Shown: piece by piece, positions 49,264 to 58,489 of the stretch | Layout of the letters: each line of letters starts with the position of its first letter | Numbering within the stretch: the stretch's first letter is position 1 | From: an uncultured Spirochaetota bacterium | GTDB taxonomy: Bacteria > Spirochaetota > Spirochaetia > SZUA-6 > Fen-1364 | Assembly: GCA_963820525.1 (NCBI GenBank) | Contig: CAWGAA010000002.1 | Location: forward strand, 64,001-128,000 | Direction: 5' to 3' | Length of the DNA: 64,000 nucleotides | The notes under the pieces: model-generated | What the model was told of the DNA's origin: nothing | The model's input: only the letters and a program-made list of their open reading frames with translations | Databases searched by the model: none | Made by a program: the position numbers and the translations under genes

Positions 49264-50034
49264 CTACCCCTGATTTACGGGCTTGTCGACCGCCTTGCTC
49301 CCGAGGTAGCCGGCGTGGCTGATCCCCAAGAGGGCGGCCGCGCCGACTGAGAGAGCCGGGAACTCTGAGATCGGCCCGGCGGAGATCCCGGCCGCCGCTT
49401 TCTGCAAGACACTGCCGATACTTACGGCATAGGCACCCACGAGCGCCAAGGTGAAGAAGAGATTCTGGAGCCTCGAGATGTCGAGGATCTCCTTGTTGCC
49501 TTCTTCCTCGCCAGTGATCAGGTCTGAGAGTTTCGCGTCGGCGGGCGTTTCATTGCGGAACAGCCATTTCTCGGCCTTGCGCCGAGGCGCAGCCTTGTTT
49601 GCTCTCTGTGCCGCCAGTGCCCATCGTTGCGTTTTCGATGACAGGATTATCGGGCTCCCGACGAAGGAAGCGACGCTGATGCCCATGGCAAGCCATACCT
49701 CTTGGGGGATCGCTATGTCGAGCGCCTTTTCGATGTGCCCCGCCTTGAGATTGACAATGACACTTGCCAGCCACGCCGAAAGCACGACGACAGTCCAAAG
49801 AAACACCTGCAGTCGGGACAGGCTGAGCCTGTTCTGCTCATTGACCAGCCAGCCACAGAGATAGAGTCCCGTCATCCCATGGCCCGCGATCATGGCAAAG
49901 AGGAAGAGAGCCGCCATGGTGAGAAGCCACATCAAAAGGATGCTCGTGGCATGGAGGAAAAGCCCAATGGCGATCATGGCGGCGATTATCACGAAAAGAA
50001 GAATCGTGTGTGGGATATCCAACTTTCCAACCAT
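49264..50034 (-). CDS. Hypothetical multi-pass membrane protein
   Basis: GGAGG RBS; SLSRLQVFLWT, DISRLQNLFFT, LLGISHAGYLGSK. Confidence 0.8.
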   Translation of the reverse strand: MVGKLDIPHTILLFVIIAAMIAIGLFLHATSILLMWLLTMAALFLFAMIAGHGMTGLYLCGWLVNEQNRLSLSRLQVFLWTVVVLSAWLASVIVNLKAGHIEKALDIAIPQEVWLAMGISVASFVGSPIILSSKTQRWALAAQRANKAAPRRKAEKWLFRNETPADAKLSDLITGEEEGNKEILDISRLQNLFFTLALVGAYAVSIGSVLQKAAAGISAGPISEFPALSVGAAALLGISHAGYLGSKAVDKPVNQG

Positions 50035-50130
50035 TTTTCACCTCCGGATATTTTTTGGCTATCATAATGCACGGTGCTCAAATCCACAAGCCGTCTTGCA
50101 TAAATATGTGCGGCGGTTTATAAACCCGCC

Positions 50131-51087
50131 ATGAGCAAGATGAAGGTATTCGTGGCGGATTCTATCGCGAAAGAGGGGATCGAGGAGTTCGGGCACTTCA
50201 AGGATCTCGAGCTCGTCGTGAAGACGGGGCTTGCCCCAGACCAGCTCGCTTCCGAGCTTGGAGATTCAGTGGGGCTTGTGGTTCGCTCGGCCACCAAGGC
50301 GACCAGGGAGATCATCGCGGGGGGCAAGAAGCTGCGCGTGATCGGACGGGCGGGCGCCGGAGTGGACAACATCGACGTGCCGGCGGCCACCGAGAAAGGG
50401 ATCCTGGTGCTCAACACCCCGGGCGGCAATGCGGAGGGCGCTGGTGAGCTGGCCATAGCGCTGATGTTCGCCCTTGCCCGGCAGATCCCCCAGGCAGACG
50501 CCTCCATGAAGGCCGGAAAGTGGGACAAGAAGAGCTTCTCCGGCGTGGAGCTTTTCGGAAAGACCCTTGGCCTCATTGGGACCGGCAACGTGGGAGGCAT
50601 CGTGGGAAAGAGGGCAATGGGCCTCGGGATGAAGGTCATCGCACACGATCCGTACATCGCCAAGGACAAGGCCGCTTCCCTCGGATTCACGTTCACCGGC
50701 CTGGATGAAGTGCTCAAGAGCGCCGATTACATCTCGGTTCACACCCCCCGGACGGACGAGACCAAGAACCTGATCAATGCAAAGGCCTTCGCCAAGATGA
50801 AGGCGGGGGTCTACCTCATCAACTGCGCCCGGGGCGGAATCGTGGTGGAGAAGGACCTCATCGCGGCGCTTGACGAGGGCAAGGTCAAGGCCGCCGGCGT
50901 CGACGTGTTCGACAAGGAGCCGCCGGAGGATTGGAGCCTGGCCAAGCACCCCAAGGTGATCGCCACGCCCCACATCGGGGCTTCCACCCACGAGGCCCAG
51001 GTCACCGTTGCCGTCATGATCGCCCGCCAAATGGGCGCCTTCCTTACCAAGGGAGAGGTCATCAACGCGGTCAACAAGGTGAGCTGA
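50131..51087 (+). CDS. serA: D-3-phosphoglycerate dehydrogenase-like (no ACT domain)
   Basis: VVRSATK, IGRAGAGVDNID, GTGNVG, INCARGG, TPHIGAST. Confidence 0.88.
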   Translation: MSKMKVFVADSIAKEGIEEFGHFKDLELVVKTGLAPDQLASELGDSVGLVVRSATKATREIIAGGKKLRVIGRAGAGVDNIDVPAATEKGILVLNTPGGNAEGAGELAIALMFALARQIPQADASMKAGKWDKKSFSGVELFGKTLGLIGTGNVGGIVGKRAMGLGMKVIAHDPYIAKDKAASLGFTFTGLDEVLKSADYISVHTPRTDETKNLINAKAFAKMKAGVYLINCARGGIVVEKDLIAALDEGKVKAAGVDVFDKEPPEDWSLAKHPKVIATPHIGASTHEAQVTVAVMIARQMGAFLTKGEVINAVNKVS

Positions 51088-51222
51088 AAGGCATCCCGTT
51101 CCGCTCAAGACGAGCGCGTCACCAGGAGACGCTGCATGCGTCAGGCCCTGGCGGGATCCAGAGTTGATTGTCAAACCCGCCTCCGGGGGGTACATTGGGG
51201 CTGTGAACAACGGAGAGCGCCT

Positions 51223-51996
51223 ATGAGCGGAGACATAACGGATATCCTTCGCGATTGGGAATTCGACTCCGACAACCAGATCCGCATCATCCAGGCGGAT
51301 GACGGCAGGCAGGTCCTCCAGGTGCGTCAGCCCCTGGGGATGGAGCAGTACGAGCTTGACGGCCGTCCCGATGGGAAGCATCCCTTCGGGCGGGATTCCG
51401 CCCTGGAAGAGTTCAAGGCCAGGCTGGAAAACTACACGGCCTCGCACGGCTCCGATGAGGGCTTCAGCATCACACATGACGATTTCGCCACCCTCCAGGG
51501 CGAGGGCGTTCTGTACTACTTCCGCTACCTCGTTCTGTTCCAGATCGGAGACTTCGTCCGCACCACCCACGACACGGAGCACAATCTCGCCCTCTGCGTG
51601 ATGGTGGAAAAGTACGTCGACAACGACGAAGACAGGAAAGAGCTGCTCCAGTACAAGCCCTACATCCTCCGGATGAACGCGATATCGCGCGCTATGATCT
51701 CCCTCCACAAGGAGATGAAGGCCGCGGCGGAGGATATCCTCAACAACGCCATTACAACCATCGAGGCGATGGACGAGATCGACACCCCCGCCTTCCAATT
51801 CGAGAGGGTGCGCTCCCTCAACTACCTCAAGGCCACGCTCAAGCAGATCCATGAGAAGAAGCCGTCGCCCGTGGAAAACCTCAAGAGCCAGCTCCAGCAG
51901 GCCATCGAGGAAGAGGACTATGAACGGGCCGCGACCCTGAGGGACCGGATCAAGGAGTTCGCGGACGAAGAGCCCGCCGGGGATCCGGAGGAATAG
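51223..51996 (+). CDS. UvrB/UvrC-motif protein
   Basis: LDGRPDG, C-terminal EEEDYERAATLRD. Confidence 0.82.
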   Translation: MSGDITDILRDWEFDSDNQIRIIQADDGRQVLQVRQPLGMEQYELDGRPDGKHPFGRDSALEEFKARLENYTASHGSDEGFSITHDDFATLQGEGVLYYFRYLVLFQIGDFVRTTHDTEHNLALCVMVEKYVDNDEDRKELLQYKPYILRMNAISRAMISLHKEMKAAAEDILNNAITTIEAMDEIDTPAFQFERVRSLNYLKATLKQIHEKKPSPVENLKSQLQQAIEEEDYERAATLRDRIKEFADEEPAGDPEE

Positions 51997-52090
51997 GGCC
52001 GGACCGCCTGACGGCCGCCGATTCAGCCGCCTTTCCCATACGCTTGCCTCTCGAGTTTCCTCCTGATACCCTACGCAATCGAGGATTTGA

Positions 52091-52438
52091 ATGATCAAAA
52101 GAAGCGGCGAGATGGAGAAAGAGGTTCGCGAGCGCATGCGCGAGGGCACGGGGACCGTGCAGATCCTCCACGTGTTCAAGAAGGAGGAGCTCCACGGAAA
52201 GGCGCGGCTCTTCGCCCGCCTTCGCCTGGCCAGGGGATGCTCGATTGGATACCACACCCATGAATCCGAGGAGGAGATCTTCTACATCCTTCGCGGAAGC
52301 GCGCTCGTCACGGAGAACGGTGAAAGCTCGCGGGTGGGGGCGGGAGACGCCGTGCTCACCGGCGGCGGGGCGGGACACTCGATAGAGAACCGCGAAGAGG
52401 AGCCCCTGGAGCTCCTGGCGGTCATCCTCCAATGCTGA
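52091..52438 (+). CDS. Cupin-domain protein
   Basis: SIGYHTH..EEEIFYILRG...GHSIEN. Confidence 0.88.
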   Translation: MIKRSGEMEKEVRERMREGTGTVQILHVFKKEELHGKARLFARLRLARGCSIGYHTHESEEEIFYILRGSALVTENGESSRVGAGDAVLTGGGAGHSIENREEEPLELLAVILQC

Positions 52439-52454
52439 AAGCACGGACTTAAGG

Positions 52455-55066
52455 ATGTTGCCATTCTTTCGACGCCGGCGCGCTGCCGATCGGGTCAGCA
52501 CGGGTTTCAGATGGTTCCAGGGCAGGCTCTTTGCCGACGCGGTAACCCCCGCCTACTTTGCCCGGGCGCGCGGGGGACGCTATGAGCTTCAGATAACCAA
52601 GTCCTCCTATTTCGCCTGGGAGCTCGCCTCGCTTTCGGTAGCGCTCTCGGATTTCGTTCTGGACGCGCGGATCGAGATCGACGGCTCCAATGCCCATTCG
52701 GCCGTGGGCTTCGTCGTGCGCTACCTCAACGAGGAAAACTTCTACAGCTTCCTCGTCTCCAACCGCGGCATGTACCGCTTCGATCTCCTGTTCAACAAGC
52801 ACCCCATGCCCCTCATCGAGTGGACGTCTCTTACCGAGAAGCCTGAAGGGGGCGCGGGGGAGATACCGCTGCGGATCGTCGGACACGGGAGCCACTTTTC
52901 ATTCTATGTGGACGAGGAATGGGTGGGCGAGATCGAGGACGAGACGATCCCGGCGGGGACACTGGGGTTCGCGGCCCAGAACTTCTCCGAGGCGGAGCGG
53001 GCCGTATTTTCTTTGAAGAGCTTCGCCGTTGAGGCGCGCCCCCTCGTCGTGGAGCGGGAATACCTGCGGTGGGTGCACTACGTGCCCCATTCCCCGGCGG
53101 TCCGCCTGGCCCTCGCGGAGACGCTCTTCGCCATGGGAAACTTCGGCGCCGCGGCGGTTCAGCTGCGCAGGGCGCTCGCGGGCCGTGAGGGCACGGCGCG
53201 CGAGCGCTTCCTCCTGGCGGAATGCTACCTCAGGCTTTCGCTCATTGACGCCGCCCGAGCCGAGATCGAAGAGGTCCTCAGGCGCGAGCCGGCCCACAGG
53301 GATGCGCTTTTCGAGAAGGCCAACCTTCTCTACCTCTCCAACGAGTTTCTCGCAACGCGGGACTACATCCGTGATGGGTTGGCCGCGGGGACCCTCGAGC
53401 CGAGCGCGTCGTTGTGGGACCTCCTGGGAAACGCCGAGTACTCTCTGGGCAACTGGCAGAAATCGGGAGAAGCCTACACCCATGCGATGGAGCTCCAGCC
53501 CGAGGAGCCGCTGTTCCTCAAGAACGCGGCGCGAAGCCTGGAGCTGGCGGGGAGGCGGGAGGAGGCCCTGGAGACGTACATGCGGGCCGCCAGGATCCTC
53601 TTCCGCGACCAGGCCTATGACGAGCTTACCTTCATCCTTCCCCGGGTCCTGGTCCTCGACCCGTCGAACGCCGAAGCGCGGGCCCTCGAGGCGAAGATGC
53701 TGTTTCACGAGGGAAAGAGCGAGGAGGCCCTGGGAATACTAAAGCAGCTCGCCTCCTCGGGGATCGCGGACAGCGCCGTGTACTACCTTCTGGGCATCAT
53801 CCTCTCGGAAAAAGGGCTGCGGCAGGAGGCGGTGGGCTGGCTCGCCAAGGCGGCTGAAATGGAGCCCACGTTTCCGCTCTATCACTTCCGGCTCGCCGAA
53901 GGCCTGCACCTGCTGGGAAGGGACCCGCGGGAAGTGCTGGAGCGCGCCCGCTCGCTCGCGCCCGACGACCCGTGGATCAACAACCTTTCCGGCCTGGTAT
54001 TCCTGGAGGCAGGGGAGGGCGAGCGGGCGGAGGCGGTTCTTCGGGCGGCCCATCAGAAAGCGCCGTCGGAAATCGATATCCGTATGAACCTCTCCGAGGC
54101 GCTTACGCGGTCGGGAAAGCATGAGGAGGCGCTGGCCCTGCTCGACGATCAGGGCGGTTCCGCGGTCGATGACGCTCGCCTGGCGAACCAGAAGGGTAAT
54201 ATTCTCGGCCGCAGGGGAGACTTCACGGGAGCGGTGGAGGCCTACGAGAAGGCGATCCACCTCGACGCCGCGATCCCCATATACAAGGAGAACTGCGCCT
54301 CAGCCTGCCTGGAGCTGGACATGGTTCACAGGGCGGAAGAGCTTCTGGGGGCGGTGGAACAGGCAAGCCCCAGCCCGTCGGTCTACAACCTTCTCGGAAA
54401 CGCGGCGCGGCTGAAGGGCGAGCCCCAGCGGGCCGAGCTGGCCTACGCAAAAGGGCTCGGCATGGACCCGGGCAACCCCGATCTCACCGCGAACCTTGCC
54501 ATGCTCCAGATGGAGCGGGGACGTCACGCCGAAGCCAAATCTCTCATCGAATCGATCCTGGAAAAGAACCAGAAGGACACACGGGCCCTTGCCTTGCTTG
54601 AGAAGATGCGTGCGCGCTTCGAGACCCGCCTTGCCTGCTCGGGCTGCGGGCGGGAGTGGTGGGTGCCCCGGGACATCCCCTTTCAGCCATCCCTGGTGGT
54701 GAGGGGGAGCCTCCGCCGGAAGCTCCCGCCGGCCGCTGCCCGCGCTGCGGCAAGCTGTTCTGTGTGGCGTGCGCATCCGCCCACCTCAAGGACATGCGCT
54801 TCCACTGCGCGGACTGCGGCGAGCCGCTGAAGCTCTCAGACGATTCCCTTCGCTTCCTCTTGAGCGAGCTGGTGGAGAAGCAGAAGGCGGCCCCCATCCC
54901 GGAGACTCAAGCAGCCCCTGTCCCGGAAACTCCACCGGCGCCCGTTCAGGAAGCTGCTCCGGCGCCATCCCCGGAGGCTCCTGAGGCGTCCTCCCGAGAG
55001 GCTTCAGCGCCGTCCCCGGCCGCCGATCCCGGCGGATCGTCGCCCGAGAGGCGAGAGTCGCCTTGA
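52455..55066 (+). CDS. Large TPR protein with N-terminal beta-sandwich and C-terminal Cys-rich region; frameshift at G5 54703-54707
   Basis: ORF 52455-54830 (TPRs, CSGC) joins ORF 54656-55066 (CPRC..CVAC..CADC) if one G is added. Confidence 0.78.
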
Positions 55067-55090
55067 CAAAGCCGGCTTCATCGTTACTAT
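55063..55090 (+). promoter_or_regulatory. Sigma70 promoter upstream of lolA
   Basis: TTGACA-16-TACTAT. Confidence 0.65.
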
Positions 55091-55100
55091 GGTTTGAGCC

Positions 55101-55787
55101 TTGAACCCGAAACCGCTGCTCCTCGCTGCACTGTTTACGCTTCTTATCGCCCCGTTATCCTCCGCCCAGGAAATTCTTTCCGCGGAGAAGTTCTTCGACG
55201 GTGTCTCCGCGGACTATGGGAAGGTGGCGGATTACACCGCCGCCATCACGATCACGGCCGGCAAGAACGGCGCATGGCGGGGCAGGATTTCATACAAGTC
55301 GCCCCTGTTCCTGAGAATCGACTTCGACGATCCCAAGGGGCAGGTGTTCGTCATCGACGCAGAGAAGCTCACCATCTACGTGCCCGGGCTCGACGTGGTT
55401 CTGGTCCAGCGGTATAAGAAGAAGAGCTCGGCGGAGATCGCCTCCATGGCGAGCAGGCAGGGGCTGAACATCCTGAGGTCGAGCTACGGGATCGCGTTCT
55501 ACGCCTTTCCGGGGTTCGTACCGCTGGAAGACGGCTCAAAGGAGCAGGTCATGAAGCTGAAGCTCACGCCCAAGTCATCCGGGGCGGCCTTCAGCCAGAT
55601 CATCATGTCGGTGGGCAAGGACAACCTCATCCGCCGGATGGAAGCCACCGAAGCGAGCGGGGACAAGCTGGTGCTCGACCTCTCCAACATCAAGACGAAT
55701 CAGAACATCCCCGATGCCAGGTTTCAATACGATTCGCCTCCCTACGCGAATATCCAGGACGATTTTCTCTTTGATTCGAGCGAGTGA
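55101..55787 (+). CDS. lolA: LolA-like lipoprotein carrier
   Basis: Signal peptide, YKSP..LRIDFDDPKGQ, NIPDARF; precedes rodZ-rimO. Confidence 0.82.
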   Translation: MNPKPLLLAALFTLLIAPLSSAQEILSAEKFFDGVSADYGKVADYTAAITITAGKNGAWRGRISYKSPLFLRIDFDDPKGQVFVIDAEKLTIYVPGLDVVLVQRYKKKSSAEIASMASRQGLNILRSSYGIAFYAFPGFVPLEDGSKEQVMKLKLTPKSSGAAFSQIIMSVGKDNLIRRMEATEASGDKLVLDLSNIKTNQNIPDARFQYDSPPYANIQDDFLFDSSE

Positions 55788-57040
55788 GAACCATGGAATC
55801 TATTGGTGAAAAGCTTCGTCTGGCGAGAGAAAAGAACAACTACACGATAGAGCAGATCTCCCGCGAGACGCATGTGGCGAAGAGGTTTCTCAAGGCGCTG
55901 GAGGACGAGGATTTCTCGGCGTTCCCCGGTGAGACCTATGCAATGGGGTTCCTCCGCAACTACGCCGAATATCTCGGCCTGAACGCAGAGGAGCTCGTGG
56001 GGTTCTACAAGAACCTCAAGATCCAGGAACAGCCCCTTCCCATGACAGAGCTGTTGGACACGGGGCCGAGGATCAATCTGCGGCTCATCCTCATCATTGC
56101 CGTGGCGGCCGTCGTGGTTCTTGGAGGCGGGGCATATCTGGTCTACCGCACCGTCACTTCCCGGGGGCGGGGGGTTTCGGAATCCCCCTCACGCACCCTC
56201 TTGAAAAAGGAGACCGAGGAGTTCGTTTTCCAGGAAGAGGTGAGAACAAAATGGTTCAAGCTGGGGGACGCCATTACGGTTCCCATCGGCGACAAGACCT
56301 ACCGGCTCGAGATCGCCTCCCTCGGGGACTCTCTCACCCTGAAGATTCCCGGCGGCTCGGTGGACCTCACCGTGGGCAAGGAGAGGCTCATCGACCTGGA
56401 TGGCGACTCCCGGGCCGATATCAAGATCGTCTGGAACGATACGGACCGCACCTCCGCGGAGAAGCGGGTCAATCTCGGACTCTACCGCGTGGGCGGCGCC
56501 GCCGCCGTCATGGTGGAGCCTCCCAGTGCGTCAGGCGGCACTCAGACCGCTGCGGCCGGCGGACAGCCGCCCGGCGCGACGGGGACGGGCGCGAGCGGCC
56601 AGGCCGCCGCTCAGCCCGCGGCCGGCCGGCAGCCTGCAGCCCCGGCGGGACAGGGCGCTGCGCAGCCCGCGGCAGCCGCCCTTCCGCAGGTGACCACCCC
56701 GCCGGTGCGTCAGGCGGGTTTCAAGCCCGCTGTCGTGATCCACGCGGCCCAAGCCGCCCCCTTCACCATAGACCTCCTCTTCCGCGATTACTGCCTCCTG
56801 CGCTTCCAGGTGGACTCCAAGGACAGGGAGGAGCAGTTCCGCCAGAAGGGAGAGACCCTCAGCCTCGACGCGAAGAGCCAGGTGACCCTCTGGCTTTCCA
56901 ACTCCGGGGCCGTCAAGGCGAAGATAGCCGGCAAGGACGTGGAGCTGGGCAGGCTCGGGGAGGTGGCCGCGCGGCGGATCTCCTGGCGCGCCGATTCATC
57001 TTCCAACGACAATGTCCTGGAAATTACGCCGCTTTACTGA
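55784..57040 (+). CDS. rodZ: RodZ-like HTH membrane protein
   Basis: IGEKLRLARE, GFLRNYAEYLGL, one TM, LSNSGAV C-terminal motif. Confidence 0.85.
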   Translation: MRTMESIGEKLRLAREKNNYTIEQISRETHVAKRFLKALEDEDFSAFPGETYAMGFLRNYAEYLGLNAEELVGFYKNLKIQEQPLPMTELLDTGPRINLRLILIIAVAAVVVLGGGAYLVYRTVTSRGRGVSESPSRTLLKKETEEFVFQEEVRTKWFKLGDAITVPIGDKTYRLEIASLGDSLTLKIPGGSVDLTVGKERLIDLDGDSRADIKIVWNDTDRTSAEKRVNLGLYRVGGAAAVMVEPPSASGGTQTAAAGGQPPGATGTGASGQAAAQPAAGRQPAAPAGQGAAQPAAAALPQVTTPPVRQAGFKPAVVIHAAQAAPFTIDLLFRDYCLLRFQVDSKDREEQFRQKGETLSLDAKSQVTLWLSNSGAVKAKIAGKDVELGRLGEVAARRISWRADSSSNDNVLEITPLY

Positions 57041-57097
57041 CGGGTATCCAAGGGGGCGCCTTACCCGTCACGAAAGCAGATTCCGCCAACACCCGCG

Positions 57098-58489
57098 ATG
57101 CCTAGAACCGGATCCTTCTACATAGAGAGTCTCGGCTGCGCGAAAAACCAGGTCGACTCCGAGCTCATGATCGCCGCTCTCGAGGGGGCGGGATGGCGCT
57201 TCGTCTCCAGCCCCGAAGAAGCGGATGTGCTGATCGTCAATACGTGCGGTTTCATTTCCCAGGCCAAGACCGAATCCATAGAGACGGGGCTCGAGCTCCG
57301 CTCGCGATTCCCCCGGAAGAGAATCTACATGACGGGATGCCTCACGGAGCGCTACGGTGAGGAGCTTGCCCGGGAGCTTCCCGAGATAGACGGCATCTGG
57401 GGAAACCGGGATCCGGCCGGCGTTCCGGCGCTGCTTTCCGCGAGGGGAGGGGATCGACGCCGCGCTCACGCTGCCCTGGCGGTGACCCCGACGCTCCGCA
57501 CGCGACTGCTTTCCTTCGCGGGAAGCGCATACGTGAAGGTGGCGGATGGCTGCGACAACAGGTGTACCTACTGTGCCATACCCCTCATCCGGGGGAGGCT
57601 CGCCAGCAGGTCCCGCGAGGATGTGCTGGGGGAGATCCGCGACCTGCTTTCCCGAGGGATCAGGGAGATCGTTCTCATAGCCCAGGATCTCGGCTCGTAC
57701 GGCGTGGACAGGGGGGCGCCGGAGCTCGCCCTTCTTCTTCGAGAGATCTCCGGCCTGTCGGGAGACTTCTGGGTTCGCATGCTCTACATCCATCCCGACC
57801 ATTTCCCGAGGGAGATCCTCCCCGTCCTCAAGGAGGATGCCCGTCTTCTTCCCTACTTCGATATTCCCCTGCAGCATGCCTCTCCCCGAATCCTGCGGGC
57901 CATGGGGAGGAGGGGGGAGCCGGAGAAGAATCTCGCATTGATCGATGAGATCAGGGAAGCGATGCCCGGGGCGACGGTCAGGTCGACGTTCCTCGTGGGC
58001 TTTCCCGGGGAAACGGAGGAGGACTTCAGGCTCCTCCTCGATTTCCAAGCGCGCGCCGCCCTGCAGTGGATGGGAGCATTCACCTATTCGAGGGAGGAGG
58101 AGACCCCGGCGTATCGGATGCGCGAGCGCGTGCCCAAGAAGACCGCGGAGGAGAGGAAGACCCGGCTGGAAGAGCTTCAAGTCCCCATCACCCAACGAGC
58201 GCTCGACGGTCATCTGGGCAGGACCCTCGAGGTGCTCATCGAGGAGCGGGTGTCGGGGGAGGAGCTTTCGATCGGCAGGACATATATGCAGGCGCCCGAT
58301 GTCGATGGGCTGACCGTGGTGCGCGGCGTGTATCAGCCCGGGACCGTGGTGCGCGCCAGGATTATGCGGCGGAACGGCCTCGACCTTGAAGCGGAGCCCA
58401 CGCCAGGGACGGCAGAGGGCGGCGATATAGCCAGCGAGCGAAGCGAGCTTCCAGGCGCCAAGGACGGCGGGAGCCGCCCCAATGTCTGA
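57098..58489 (+). CDS. rimO: Ribosomal protein S12 methylthiotransferase
   Basis: LGCAKNQVDSE, NTCGFI, GCDNRCTYC, APDVDG. Confidence 0.93.
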   Translation: MPRTGSFYIESLGCAKNQVDSELMIAALEGAGWRFVSSPEEADVLIVNTCGFISQAKTESIETGLELRSRFPRKRIYMTGCLTERYGEELARELPEIDGIWGNRDPAGVPALLSARGGDRRRAHAALAVTPTLRTRLLSFAGSAYVKVADGCDNRCTYCAIPLIRGRLASRSREDVLGEIRDLLSRGIREIVLIAQDLGSYGVDRGAPELALLLREISGLSGDFWVRMLYIHPDHFPREILPVLKEDARLLPYFDIPLQHASPRILRAMGRRGEPEKNLALIDEIREAMPGATVRSTFLVGFPGETEEDFRLLLDFQARAALQWMGAFTYSREEETPAYRMRERVPKKTAEERKTRLEELQVPITQRALDGHLGRTLEVLIEERVSGEELSIGRTYMQAPDVDGLTVVRGVYQPGTVVRARIMRRNGLDLEAEPTPGTAEGGDIASERSELPGAKDGGSRPNV

